A stretch of DNA of 64,000 bases from Candidatus Falkowbacteria bacterium (GCA_016432645.1 CP066698.1:773062-837061); one strand, 5' to 3'; numbered from the stretch's first letter, positions 35,774 to 45,336 are shown. A program made the numbers and translations. Notes: generated by a model not told the origin, from the sequence alone.

Positions 35774-37162
35774 ATGAAGAAAAGTGAAGCCCAGAATAAT
35801 TTAGAAAAAATTGTATCGTTAGCTAAACGACGCGGATTTGTTTTTCCGTCTTCGGAAATTTATGGCGGCTTTCCGGCCGTTTATGATTTTGGGCCTTATG
35901 GTGTGGAGCTGGCTAATAATATTAAGAAGGAATGGTGGAAGGCGATGACACAATTGCGCGATGATGTCGTTGGTTTGGACTCCGCTATTTTTATGAATCC
36001 GAAAATCTGGGAAGCTTCCGGCCATGTAAAAGGATTTTCTGATCCGCTGACGGAATGCCGGAAATGCCATAGCCGTTTGCGCTTGGACGCCTTATTGGAG
36101 GAAGCGGGGATTTTTGCGGATGAAAAAATGACCGAAGAAGAAATTAATCAAATTTTTGAAGATAATAAGCAAAAAATAAAATGTCCGACTTGCGGGGCGC
36201 AAGACTTTACTCCGGGGAAGAAATTTAATTTATTAGTGCAATCAAATTTAGGCAATTTTACGGGTGACTGGTCCAAGGAACCGACTTATTTGCGCGGTGA
36301 AACCTGCCAGGGCATATATGTTAATTTTAAAAACGTGGTTGATACCGCCAGAGTTAAAATTCCTTTTGGGATTGCGCAAATTGGCAAGGCTTTCCGCAAT
36401 GAGATTACGGCCCGCCAATTTGTTTTTCGGACGCGGGAGTTTGAACAGATGGAGATGCAGTATTTCGTGAAGCCGGGAGACGATATGGCTTATTTTGAAA
36501 AATGGCGGGAAACTCGTTTTAATTTTTATCTTGATTTAGGTATCGCTTCGGAAAATTTAAAGTGGCATAAGCATGAAAATTTAGTTTTTTATGCCCAGGA
36601 AGCTTATGACATTGAATATAATTTCCCCTTCGGCTTTAAAGAATTAGAGGGCGTTCATGCGCGCGGCGATTATGATTTGACCCAGCATAGTAAATTTTCC
36701 GGACAAGATTTGAACTATTTAGATCCAATGACTAATGAAAAATTTATTCCTCATGTCGTGGAGACTTCAGCTGGCGTCGGCCGGACTTTCTTGGCGGTAT
36801 TTTGCGAAGCTTACCAAGAAGAAACAGTGGGCGAAGAAACCAGAACGGTTCTGCGCTTAGCTCCGAAATTAGCGCCGGTTAAAATTGCGGTTTTCCCGCT
36901 CTTGAAAAATAAACCTGAATTAGTGGCTAAAGCCAGAGAAATTTTTGATGATTTAAAAAAGGATTGGCGCTCGGAATTTGATGATAATGGCAATATCGGC
37001 AAACGTTATCGCCGCCAAGATGAAATCGGCACCCCTTATTGCTTAACGGTTGACTTTGATACTTTGGAAAATGGAGAAGTAACCGTGCGCGATCGTGATA
37101 GCATGAAGCAAGAAAGAATAAAAATAAATGAGTTGAGAAAATTTTTTCAAGAAAAAATTTAG
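35774..37162 (+). CDS. glyQS: glycine--tRNA ligase (alpha2 type)
   Basis: RRGFVFPSSEIYGG N-terminus, class II motifs and anticodon-binding C-terminal domain. Confidence 0.95.
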   Translation: MKKSEAQNNLEKIVSLAKRRGFVFPSSEIYGGFPAVYDFGPYGVELANNIKKEWWKAMTQLRDDVVGLDSAIFMNPKIWEASGHVKGFSDPLTECRKCHSRLRLDALLEEAGIFADEKMTEEEINQIFEDNKQKIKCPTCGAQDFTPGKKFNLLVQSNLGNFTGDWSKEPTYLRGETCQGIYVNFKNVVDTARVKIPFGIAQIGKAFRNEITARQFVFRTREFEQMEMQYFVKPGDDMAYFEKWRETRFNFYLDLGIASENLKWHKHENLVFYAQEAYDIEYNFPFGFKELEGVHARGDYDLTQHSKFSGQDLNYLDPMTNEKFIPHVVETSAGVGRTFLAVFCEAYQEETVGEETRTVLRLAPKLAPVKIAVFPLLKNKPELVAKAREIFDDLKKDWRSEFDDNGNIGKRYRRQDEIGTPYCLTVDFDTLENGEVTVRDRDSMKQERIKINELRKFFQEKI

Positions 37163-37212
37163 ACACTCGGTTTAAAAAAATATTTTAAAAAATAATTTGG
37201 TAACTAAAAATT

Positions 37213-37245
37213 TCTCCACTGCTGACCGCGGTGGAGATTTTTTTT
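37213..37245 (+). terminator. rho-independent terminator after glyQS
   Basis: TCTCCAC...GTGGAGA followed by T8. Confidence 0.75.
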
Positions 37246-37264
37246 GGAAAAAGACAAAAAACTA

Positions 37265-37293
37265 TTGCTAGTTATTTTTATTAGTTGTATAAT
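37265..37293 (+). promoter_or_regulatory. promoter of the small basic protein gene
   Basis: TTGCTA, 17-nt spacer, TGtTATAAT extended -10 (37286..37293). Confidence 0.5.
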
Positions 37294-37313
37294 TTAAGTA
37301 TAAATAAAAAAAT

Positions 37314-37359
37314 AAAAAATTTTTTTTGATCAAAAGAAAAAAACAAAAAATTTTTTTGA
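37314..37359 (+). repeat. two A6-T7/8-GA tracts 31 bp apart in the leader
   Basis: AAAAAATTTTTTTTGA at 37314..37329 and AAAAAATTTTTTTGA at 37345..37359. Confidence 0.6.
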
Positions 37360-37378
37360 GAAAGGAGGTGACATCAAT

Positions 37379-37519
37379 ATGAAAAAGAAAGCAAAAAAGG
37401 TGGTAAAGAAGGTTGCTAAGAAGCCAGCTAAAAAAGTTGCTAAGAAACCGGCTAAGAAAGTTGTAAAGAAAGCCGTTAAGAAAGCTGCTCCTAAGAAGAA
37501 AGCTGCCAAGAAAAAATAA
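37379..37519 (+). CDS. 46-aa lysine/alanine-rich histone H1-like basic protein (absent from ORF track)
   Basis: Translates to MKKKAKKVVKKVAKKPAKKVAKKPAKKVVKKAVKKAAPKKKAAKKK. SD GAAAGGAGGTG lies 7 nt upstream. Has its own promoter and terminator. Confidence 0.7.
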   Translation: MKKKAKKVVKKVAKKPAKKVAKKPAKKVVKKAVKKAAPKKKAAKKK

Positions 37520-37575
37520 TTTTTAAAATTTATTATTTTTTAATAGATTTTATCAATTTAAAAATTATACAAAGG

Positions 37576-37602
37576 CCGTCCTGCGGAATCAGGATGGTTT
37601 TT
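37576..37602 (+). terminator. rho-independent terminator
   Basis: CCGTCCTG-CGGAAT-CAGGATGG followed by TTTTT. Confidence 0.7.
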
Positions 37603-37645
37603 GTGTTTATCGGGGTTTTAGGCGCTGCCATCTATAATAGAATAT

Positions 37646-38497
37646 ATGTTTAAAAGAGATAAAGCCGCCGCGCGCTGCCGAAAAAATAAATATTTTTTAA
37701 TTATTATCGGGCTTATTTTGTTGTCCGGTATTTTTTTATTTATTTTTTTAGCAACCAGAAATTGCTTGCGTGTTTCTTTTATGGATGTCGGCCAAGGCGA
37801 CGCTTCTCTAATTCAAACGCCAACTGGCAAAAACATTTTAATTGATGGTGGACCAGATAATTTAGTATTACATCGTTTGGGAGAAGCTCTGCCTTTTTAC
37901 ATTCGTCGCTTGGATTATATTATCATCAGCCATTTTCATGATGATCATATAATAGGATTGGTAGAAATTTTAAAACGTTATCGGGTCGATAAAATTATTT
38001 TTGTTTCTCCGGATATTTCTTCGCCGGCAGTTGATGCCTTGCAAAGAGAAATTAAAAAATTAAATTTATCGGTTATCAATATCATCGCTAGTGCTAATTT
38101 GCGGCTGGATAATTATTGTTCCTTATTTTTTATCAATCCTGCCAGCTTAAACATAAAAGATAATGCCAATAATTCTTTAGTTGCCAAATTGGATTGCGGG
38201 AATAATAAATTTTTATTTGCCGGTGATAACGAGTCGGGGGCGGAGGCTGCTCTAGTAAAAAGCGATTTTGATTTACGCGCCGATATTTTTAAAGCTTCGC
38301 ATCACGGCTCTAAAACTTCCAATATGGAAAATTTTTTAGAGGCTGTTTCGCCGCAAAAGATAATAATTTCAGTCGGAAAAACTAATCGCTTCGGTCATCC
38401 TAGCCCGGAAGTGTTAGATAGAGTACTTGGCCGAGGGATAGATATTTGGCGGACTGATATCCAAGGAACTAGTCTTATTTTAGCGGAAATTAGGTAG
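37646..38497 (+). CDS. ComEC/Rec2-type metallo-beta-lactamase domain protein (MBL domain only, one TM anchor)
   Basis: VSFMDVGQGDASLIQTP...ILIDGG, HFHDDH, and SHHGS...RFGHP, as in the C-terminal domain of ComEC. Confidence 0.7.
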   Translation: MFKRDKAAARCRKNKYFLIIIGLILLSGIFLFIFLATRNCLRVSFMDVGQGDASLIQTPTGKNILIDGGPDNLVLHRLGEALPFYIRRLDYIIISHFHDDHIIGLVEILKRYRVDKIIFVSPDISSPAVDALQREIKKLNLSVINIIASANLRLDNYCSLFFINPASLNIKDNANNSLVAKLDCGNNKFLFAGDNESGAEAALVKSDFDLRADIFKASHHGSKTSNMENFLEAVSPQKIIISVGKTNRFGHPSPEVLDRVLGRGIDIWRTDIQGTSLILAEIR

Positions 38498-38510
38498 TAT
38501 TTATAAAATA

Positions 38511-38539
38511 TTGACAAAAATAGATAAGAATGATATAGT
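38511..38539 (+). promoter_or_regulatory. near-consensus promoter
   Basis: TTGACA, 17-nt spacer, TGaTATAGT extended -10. Confidence 0.55.
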
Positions 38540-38618
38540 TAGAGGTCAAAATGTTTTTATTTTGGCGCAAATTTTAGTAGTTCATTAAAAATTTTTTAAC
38601 CTTAAAATAGTAGAAATC

Positions 38619-39614
38619 ATGAAAAAAAGTATCTTGTTTTTTTTGTTGTTAGGGATTTTAATTCCTCTGAGCTCGTGGGCTCAAAAACAAAATGTGTTGC
38701 TCGCCAACGCGACTGCAAAAAAAGTATTAATCGATGACCAAATCATCAATCCTCGTGCTTCTAAGGAGTTATCGCTCACCGTTAAGGGTGGTGTCGCTCA
38801 GTTCTCTCTGGCCTATTACGATGGGCTGGTTTTGAAAGAGTCAGTTAATCTGGCTCGCAAAGTTAACAAGGGCAGAATCATCCTAAAGGATTTTGACCCA
38901 ACTAATAACGATGTGCCCGACGCCTCTGTCATGGATGAAGAAGTAACCTCTAAAGGGGCAACTGCCGACTTTGGCGGAACCGCTGTTAACTCTGGTAATC
39001 AGGTCCAAAATCCTGATGATTGGTGGAGCTATGCCACCGTTAAGCCCAAAAATGGTTTAAAAGGACAAAGCCTTTTTGTGCCTTCCGAACCTTTTAAAGG
39101 TTTAGCCCTGGCTTCTGGCCAACAATCTAGCCGCAGCGCGACTCTTAAAACGGGGGAAATAATGTTCCCGGCCCTATTAATGGAAGAAAAAGAAGAAGCT
39201 TCCACTAAAAATGGTATAAATTATACCTGGGCCATTGTTGATAAGATTATTGTCGAAGGGCAGGATGTTTTGGAAATCAAACCGGAAAACATTATGAAGG
39301 CTAATGATGGTGATTTAACCAAAAAAACCATTGTTTCCAAATTAGGATTTCCGTTTATCATCGCCGAAGGTGCTTCTTCTGGTAAAGTTGTCTCGGATAA
39401 TATCCCGACTCGTCTGGATTTGTATATTGGTTGGAATATTCTTCCTATCCAATACAAAGGTCCGGACGGTTTACCGGTTCAAGCTATTCTGATTCTTCTG
39501 GTTGACGATTCTAAAAAGCCGCTCATGACCGGTAGTAAGTCCAAGGAGCAAAATATCTCCATCGGTCGCAACGACATTACAATCATGGATTTTAAGCGTC
39601 CAACCTCCAGGTAA
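38619..39614 (+). CDS. secreted hypothetical protein
   Basis: Signal peptide MKKSILFFLLLGILIPLSSWAQ. Monocistronic. No family recognised. Confidence 0.55.
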   Translation: MKKSILFFLLLGILIPLSSWAQKQNVLLANATAKKVLIDDQIINPRASKELSLTVKGGVAQFSLAYYDGLVLKESVNLARKVNKGRIILKDFDPTNNDVPDASVMDEEVTSKGATADFGGTAVNSGNQVQNPDDWWSYATVKPKNGLKGQSLFVPSEPFKGLALASGQQSSRSATLKTGEIMFPALLMEEKEEASTKNGINYTWAIVDKIIVEGQDVLEIKPENIMKANDGDLTKKTIVSKLGFPFIIAEGASSGKVVSDNIPTRLDLYIGWNILPIQYKGPDGLPVQAILILLVDDSKKPLMTGSKSKEQNISIGRNDITIMDFKRPTSR

Positions 39615-39643
39615 ATCTACTCTAAGTAGATAAAAATTTCGAG

Positions 39644-39677
39644 GCCTCATTTTGAAAAAGATGAGGCTTCTTTTTTT
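39644..39677 (+). terminator. rho-independent terminator
   Basis: GCCTCAT...ATGAGGC followed by TTCTTTTTTT. Confidence 0.75.
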
Positions 39678-39733
39678 GACGAAATTAGGCAATAATTAGC
39701 CCATATTTATTGTTGGCCTGCCCCTATCCGCGG

Positions 39734-39762
39734 TTGACCGCGAGTGTTTCGTTTGCTATAAT
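39734..39762 (+). promoter_or_regulatory. near-consensus promoter of the MBL-ndk-gyrA-mscL cluster
   Basis: TTGACC, 17-nt spacer, TGcTATAAT. The -35 element sits inside the GC-rich palindrome CGCGGT-TG-ACCGCG (39729..39742). Confidence 0.55.
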
Positions 39763-39803
39763 AATTTTAGGGTTCTACGGCCCGTTTTTATTGTAATACC
39801 TAT

Positions 39804-40448
39804 ATGATTATCACTTGGCAAGGACATTCCTGCTTTAAAATTCAAGACAAAATCGGCCCCGAAGGCGTCACAGTTGTGACTGACCCTTTTGGGAAAAGCA
39901 CCGGTTTAAAAGTTCCTAATTTTGAAGCCGATATTATAACAATTTCTCATGATCACGATGATCATAATAATGCCGGCGCTTTGCGCGGCAATCCGTTTAT
40001 TATCGATTGCGCCGGGGAATATGATTTCAAAGGCGTTTTAGTGGAAGGAATTGACTCTTTTCATGATGATAAAAAGGGGTCTGAGCGTGGAAGTAATATT
40101 ATATATAGAATGGAAGTCGATGACGTCTCCATTGCTCATTTGGGAGATTTGGGCGGTCCGCTCGATAGCACCCAGTTAGAAAAATTAGTTGGAACCGATA
40201 TTTTATTAATTCCGGTGGGCGGTAAATATACGCTTGACGCCAAAGCGGCCGTGGAAGTAATCTCGCAAATTGAGCCCCGGATTGTAATCCCGATGCATTA
40301 TAAAACGCCGGATTTAAAAATGGATATTGACCCGGTTGATAAGTTTATCAAAGAGTTGGGCCTGAAGCCGACTTATGAAGAAAAATTAAAAATTTCCAAG
40401 AAAGATCTTCCGCAAGAAGATATGGAACTAGTAATATTAAGTATTTAA
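39804..40448 (+). CDS. MBL-fold metallo-hydrolase (UPF0173-like)
   Basis: MIITWQGHSCFKIQ N-terminus and SHDHDDH metal motif. Confidence 0.75.
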   Translation: MIITWQGHSCFKIQDKIGPEGVTVVTDPFGKSTGLKVPNFEADIITISHDHDDHNNAGALRGNPFIIDCAGEYDFKGVLVEGIDSFHDDKKGSERGSNIIYRMEVDDVSIAHLGDLGGPLDSTQLEKLVGTDILLIPVGGKYTLDAKAAVEVISQIEPRIVIPMHYKTPDLKMDIDPVDKFIKELGLKPTYEEKLKISKKDLPQEDMELVILSI

Positions 40449-40452
40449 AATT

Positions 40453-41055
40453 ATGATTAATCCTAAAAAAGAAAGAACATTTGTGATTCTAAAACCAGAT
40501 GCTGTTCAGCGCGGATTGGTTGGCGAAACAATTAAGAGAATCGAAAATACCGGCTTAAAATTGGTAGCTATGAAAATGATCATGGCCACTGAAGATCAAC
40601 TGTGGAAGCACTATGCTAAGGATGATGCTTGGTTTTTAAAGAAAGGCGAAAGAACGGTTGAAGAAAGAAAAGCGGCCGGAATGCCGATTGAAAAGGAAGC
40701 GATTGAATATGGCAAAGACATTATTCGCGCTCTGGTTAAATTTATGAGCTGTGGTCCAATTGTCCCGATGATTTGGGAAGGAAATCAAGCTGTCGGTATT
40801 GTTAAAAAAATTGTGGGCGCCACTGAGCCTCTATCTTCTGATGGCGGGACTATTCGCGGCGACTATACCCTGGATTCCTATGAGCTTGCCAGTTTGGATG
40901 AAAGAGCAGTTCGTAATTTAGTCCACTGTTCTGACCCAGTTGAAGATGCGGCGCGAGAAATCCCGCTTTGGTTTAGCGAAGAAGAAATTTTGAAATATAG
41001 CTTGATTGCCGAGAAAATTCTATATGACGTCAATTTAGACGGCATTAAAGAATAG
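40453..41055 (+). CDS. ndk: nucleoside-diphosphate kinase (long form)
   Basis: ERTFVILKPDAVQRGL, GTIRGDY and NLVHCSD (catalytic His). Confidence 0.9.
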   Translation: MINPKKERTFVILKPDAVQRGLVGETIKRIENTGLKLVAMKMIMATEDQLWKHYAKDDAWFLKKGERTVEERKAAGMPIEKEAIEYGKDIIRALVKFMSCGPIVPMIWEGNQAVGIVKKIVGATEPLSSDGGTIRGDYTLDSYELASLDERAVRNLVHCSDPVEDAAREIPLWFSEEEILKYSLIAEKILYDVNLDGIKE

Positions 41056-41064
41056 CTTAATAAT

Positions 41065-41568
41065 ATGACCGAGGAAGAGCGTCGCAAAAAAATAATACTA
41101 GTAAAAATTTTAGTGGGCTCGTTGGCGGTTGTGATTTTTTTGTTTTGGTTTTTGAATTTGAAGAATGTTTTTGAGATGAATAAATTGCGTTCTACCAAAA
41201 GCCCCGAAGCCGCTAAATTAAACGAACTTAAAAAAGAAATCGGCGAATCTTTAAATGAAGCGACGGAAAAAATTAAAGATCAGGAGCAGCAAGCGAAACT
41301 AAAAGAAGATGTTAACGGGCTTTTAAATGGAGTAATTGCCGAAGTTAATAAAAATGCTTCCTCTAGCGCCGTTACCTCTACTGAAATAATTAATAATGCC
41401 TCCACCACGGCAGCCACTAGTTCGTTGCCGGAAATAGCTACCTCGACCTCGCCAAACAAAATCAATAATAATTGTCCGTCTTATATAGACTGTATGCCGT
41501 CTATCGGCGAATCAAAACCCTGCCAAATACCGGTAGGTTGCGAAGGAATTACACAAATAGCTTATTAG
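41065..41568 (+). CDS. membrane-anchored hypothetical protein with Cys-rich C-terminus
   Basis: One TM helix, Ser/Thr-rich linker and a CPSYIDC...C...C tail. Confidence 0.5.
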   Translation: MTEEERRKKIILVKILVGSLAVVIFLFWFLNLKNVFEMNKLRSTKSPEAAKLNELKKEIGESLNEATEKIKDQEQQAKLKEDVNGLLNGVIAEVNKNASSSAVTSTEIINNASTTAATSSLPEIATSTSPNKINNNCPSYIDCMPSIGESKPCQIPVGCEGITQIAY

Positions 41569-41578
41569 TTTTATCTTT

Positions 41579-44110
41579 ATGCCTAAAAAAGAGCTTGAAC
41601 CACAAGACAAAGAGCGCTTGGAAAACAATTCAGATCCGGAAAATACCAATGTCCGTAAAAAAACCGAATATGGCTTAGTGGAAGAACAGCCGATTGTTGA
41701 TGAAATGAGCAAGTCTTATTTGGACTATGCCATGAGCGTTATTGTTTCTCGCGCTTTGCCTGATGTTCGCGACGGTTTAAAACCGGTACATCGCCGTATT
41801 TTGTATGCCATGTGGAATATCGGTTTGCGAGCCGGCGGTAAATTTCGTAAATCAGCGACGGTTGTCGGTGAGGTTTTAGGTAAATACCATCCTCACGGCG
41901 ATTCGGCAGTTTATGATTCAATGGTGAGAATGGCGCAAGATTTTGCGATGCGTTACCCGCTCGTTCGCGGCCAAGGAAACTTCGGCTCTATGGATGGCGA
42001 TAATGCGGCCGCCATGCGTTATACTGAAGCTAAATTGTCGGCCATTTCCGAGGAGATGATGTTTGATATTGAGAAAGAAACCGTTAACTTTTTGCCTAAT
42101 TTTGATGGCAGCCATAAAGAACCACAAGTTTTACCGGCTAAACTTCCTAACCTATTATTAAATGGAACCATGGGAATCGCGGTTGGCATGGCCACCAATA
42201 TTCCTCCTCATAATTTGCGAGAACTGGCAGCGGCGATTGAACACTTAATTGCTAATCCTGATGCCAGCATTGAAGAGTTAGCCCAGTTTGTTAAAGGTCC
42301 TGATTTCCCAACCGGCGGCATTATTTATAATAAACAAGATATTTTAAATGCTTACGCGACCGGAAAGGGCGGCGTGGTTTTGCGTGGTAAGGCTGAGATT
42401 GAAGAAATGAAAAGCGGCGGCTTCCAAATTATTATTACCGAAGTTCCTTATCAAGTTAATAAGGCTGATTTGGTGGAAAAAATTGCCGACCTGGTTAGAG
42501 ATAAAAAAATTGAAGGCATTAAGGCTTTGCGTGATGAATCCGATAAAGACGGTGTCCGAGTAGTAATTGAACTTAAGAAAGATTCTTATCCTAAGAAGAT
42601 TTTAAACACCTTGTACAAGCATACTAGTTTGCAGACTACTTTCCACTTCAACATGCTGGCTCTGGTTGACGGTATCCAGCCTAAGGTTTTAACTTTGAAA
42701 ATGATTCTGGAAGAATATATTAAGCACCGTGAAGAAGTCGTGCGCCGTCGCACCCAATTTGATTTAAACAAAGCTTTAGACAGGGCCCATATTTTAGAAG
42801 GCTTAATGATTGCTTTAAAAAATATTGATGAAGTTATTAAAACGATTAAAGCTTCTAAAGATAAAGAAGTTGCCAAACTTAGTTTGATTAAGAAATTTAA
42901 ATTATCCGAAAGACAAGCGGTCGCCATTTTGGAAATGCGTTTGCAGAGCTTAGCTAATCTGGAGCAACAACGGATTGAAAACGAACTCAAAGAAAAATTA
43001 AAACTGATTAAAGAATTAGAAAGTATTTTGAAATCAGTCGCCAAAATCAGGGGAATCGTTAATAGCGAACTTAAAGAGTTGACGGAAAAATATGGCGATG
43101 AACGAAAAACCGCGGTCGTCCCTCATGCCGTTGGAGAATTCAGTATGGAAGATTTAGTTCCTAATGAAGAGACGGTTGTGATGATGACTCGCGATGGTTA
43201 CATCAAGCGCTTAGAACCAGATACTTTTAAAGTTCAGGCTCGTGGCGGCAAAGGTGTTATGGGACTCACAACTAAAGAAGAAGATACCGTTGAGTTCATG
43301 TTTACCAGCTTAACCCATAATGATGTTTTATTCTTTACAACTAAGGGCCGCGCTTTCCAATTGAAAGTTTACGAGATTCCGCAAGCTTCCCGAATTGCTA
43401 AAGGAACGCCGGTGGTTAATTTTTTGCAGCTTATCGGCGGTGAGCAGATATCCTCAATTTTACCTCTAGATAAAGCAGTCTTTAGCAAATATTTATTTTT
43501 TGCTACTCAAAAAGGCCTGGTCAAAAAAGTAGAACTAGAGGCTTTTAAGAACGTTAGACGTTCGGGCTTGATTGCTATTAAAATTAAAGATGATGATAAA
43601 TTAATCTGGGTTAAGCCTACTTCCGGCTCCGATCATATTCAACTGGTAACTTCCCAGGGGCAAGCCATTAGATTTAAAGAAAGCGATGTCCGCGATATGG
43701 GACGAGGAGCAGCCGGAGTGCTTGGTATTAGATTGCATAAAAATGATACTTTAATTGGCATGGGAGTTGCCAAGACTGATAAAGAAAGAAAACGAAATTA
43801 TCAAATTCTCACCATCATGGCTAATGGTTTTGGCAAGCGGACCGAATTTGGCGCTTATAAAATCCAGGGCCGCGGCGGCAGCGGAATTAAGACTGCTAAA
43901 GTTACTTCCAAAACCGGGGCAATTACCAACGCCTTCTTGGTCAATGCTGATTCTATGGAAGACAAGGATTTAATTATCATTTCCGATCACGGCCAAGTAA
44001 TCAGAACACCGTTTAAATCAGTAAATGTTTTAGGCCGCGATACTCAGGGCGTTAGAATTATGCGCTTTAAGGAGGATAGCGACCATGTCGCGGGTGTGAC
44101 CTGGGTCTAA
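41579..44110 (+). CDS. gyrA: DNA gyrase subunit A
   Basis: Catalytic region AAMRYTE, QRDR-like [11 protein letters not shown], and C-terminal beta-pinwheel repeats. Confidence 0.95.
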   Translation: MPKKELEPQDKERLENNSDPENTNVRKKTEYGLVEEQPIVDEMSKSYLDYAMSVIVSRALPDVRDGLKPVHRRILYAMWNIGLRAGGKFRKSATVVGEVLGKYHPHGDSAVYDSMVRMAQDFAMRYPLVRGQGNFGSMDGDNAAAMRYTEAKLSAISEEMMFDIEKETVNFLPNFDGSHKEPQVLPAKLPNLLLNGTMGIAVGMATNIPPHNLRELAAAIEHLIANPDASIEELAQFVKGPDFPTGGIIYNKQDILNAYATGKGGVVLRGKAEIEEMKSGGFQIIITEVPYQVNKADLVEKIADLVRDKKIEGIKALRDESDKDGVRVVIELKKDSYPKKILNTLYKHTSLQTTFHFNMLALVDGIQPKVLTLKMILEEYIKHREEVVRRRTQFDLNKALDRAHILEGLMIALKNIDEVIKTIKASKDKEVAKLSLIKKFKLSERQAVAILEMRLQSLANLEQQRIENELKEKLKLIKELESILKSVAKIRGIVNSELKELTEKYGDERKTAVVPHAVGEFSMEDLVPNEETVVMMTRDGYIKRLEPDTFKVQARGGKGVMGLTTKEEDTVEFMFTSLTHNDVLFFTTKGRAFQLKVYEIPQASRIAKGTPVVNFLQLIGGEQISSILPLDKAVFSKYLFFATQKGLVKKVELEAFKNVRRSGLIAIKIKDDDKLIWVKPTSGSDHIQLVTSQGQAIRFKESDVRDMGRGAAGVLGIRLHKNDTLIGMGVAKTDKERKRNYQILTIMANGFGKRTEFGAYKIQGRGGSGIKTAKVTSKTGAITNAFLVNADSMEDKDLIIISDHGQVIRTPFKSVNVLGRDTQGVRIMRFKEDSDHVAGVTWV

Positions 44111-44138
44111 TTATTTGCTGGCGGTTTAACTTAAAAAT

Positions 44139-44585
44139 ATGAAAAAGTATTTTCAAGAATTCAAAGCCTTTGCCGTTAAAGGCAACGTTGTTGATTTAGC
44201 GGTTGCCGTTATTATTGGTGGCGCCTTTGGAAAAATCGTTTCCTCTCTCGTATCTGACGTCGTGATGCCGCTTATTGGCGTAATTGCCGGCGGTTTAGAT
44301 TTTACTAGTTGGAAAATTATTTTAAAGCAAGCAGTAATTGGTTCTGATGGCGTTTTAGCTTCTCCGGCCGTAACTATGAATATCGGGGTCTTTGTGCAAA
44401 ATATTTTTGACTTTTTAATCATCGCTCTTTCCATATTTTTTATGGTTAAGGTTTTAGGCAGGATTAAGAAGCGTTTAATAAACGAAGAAGAAGATAAAAA
44501 GAAAGAAGAAAAATCGGCGCCATTAACGAAAGATCAGGAATTATTAGTGGAAATTAGAGATTTATTGAAGAATAAACCAGAATAA
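44139..44585 (+). CDS. mscL: large-conductance mechanosensitive channel
   Basis: EFKAFAVKGNVVDLAVAVIIGGAFGKIVSSLVSDVVMP signature. Confidence 0.9.
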   Translation: MKKYFQEFKAFAVKGNVVDLAVAVIIGGAFGKIVSSLVSDVVMPLIGVIAGGLDFTSWKIILKQAVIGSDGVLASPAVTMNIGVFVQNIFDFLIIALSIFFMVKVLGRIKKRLINEEEDKKKEEKSAPLTKDQELLVEIRDLLKNKPE

Positions 44586-44609
44586 GTATTAGAGAAACTT
44601 TAAATAAAA

Positions 44610-44634
44610 ATCGGATTGGTAGTCCGATTTTTTG
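44610..44634 (+). terminator. rho-independent terminator
   Basis: ATCGGA-TTGGTAG-TCCGAT followed by TTTTTT. Confidence 0.7.
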
Positions 44635-44750
44635 TTATCCAATTTTTAGAGCTATTCGTTGGTAAGGTTGCAATATTGACAATTTTGTTAATAATTTGTA
44701 TTGTAGCTAGAAGTAATTTAACAAATTATATAACCAAAAAATAGTTAGCC

Positions 44751-45287
44751 ATGTGTATATTACCAGGAATGTCCGATGAATTAGGGAGGCGAGTTGTCTC
44801 CAACCCGAAAATGAAATTAATCCGCAAAAGAAACCGATTGGTGATGCTTACTCAGAATATATCTGGGGGATTTAGCACCTTTCGGGTTGTGCCATTTAAA
44901 AGTAAACAAGCAGAAGAACTTTTTGTTTTGGAGAAGGCCGCAGAAAACGCCCAGCAGGCAGATCGTACCTTTCTCTATATGTATTTAACATTCTGCACTC
45001 GAACCGTCACTTACTGCCTGTATGGCGGCAAGAAGATTCAACTTGAAGACAAGCTGGAATATGAAGCGCCTTATATTTTTGATGAACAATCGAAACCGGG
45101 CAATGAATTATTTATTATTCCGGCCAAAGAACTGGCTCAGTTAACAGAGTTGTCTAATTGGGGAAAATCAGTGATGGTCAAAGTACAGAAAAATCCAGAA
45201 AAAATGTGCTTATTGTGCTATGGCAAAAGCAAATTGCTCTGGCTTGATAAAGGTTATACGCTTGTTAGCAGTTTGCGAAAAAATTGA
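44751..45287 (+). CDS. hypothetical protein (orphan, monocistronic)
   Basis: 178-aa ORF between two terminators. Possible promoter TTGACA-17-TATTGT at 44676..44704. Start uncertain. Confidence 0.45.
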   Translation: MCILPGMSDELGRRVVSNPKMKLIRKRNRLVMLTQNISGGFSTFRVVPFKSKQAEELFVLEKAAENAQQADRTFLYMYLTFCTRTVTYCLYGGKKIQLEDKLEYEAPYIFDEQSKPGNELFIIPAKELAQLTELSNWGKSVMVKVQKNPEKMCLLCYGKSKLLWLDKGYTLVSSLRKN

Positions 45288-45307
45288 AAATTTTTGTTTT
45301 AAAAAAG

Positions 45308-45336
45308 GCCCCCAGTCAAAATGGGGGCTTTTATTT
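45308..45336 (+). terminator. rho-independent terminator
   Basis: GCCCCCA-GTCAAAA-TGGGGGC followed by TTTT. Confidence 0.75.

Noticed and set aside
42586-43044. 152-aa ORF antisense to gyrA
   Set aside because: It lies entirely within the conserved gyrA coding region and has a Ser/Leu/Ile/Lys (hydrophobic) low-complexity composition. It is a shadow ORF.
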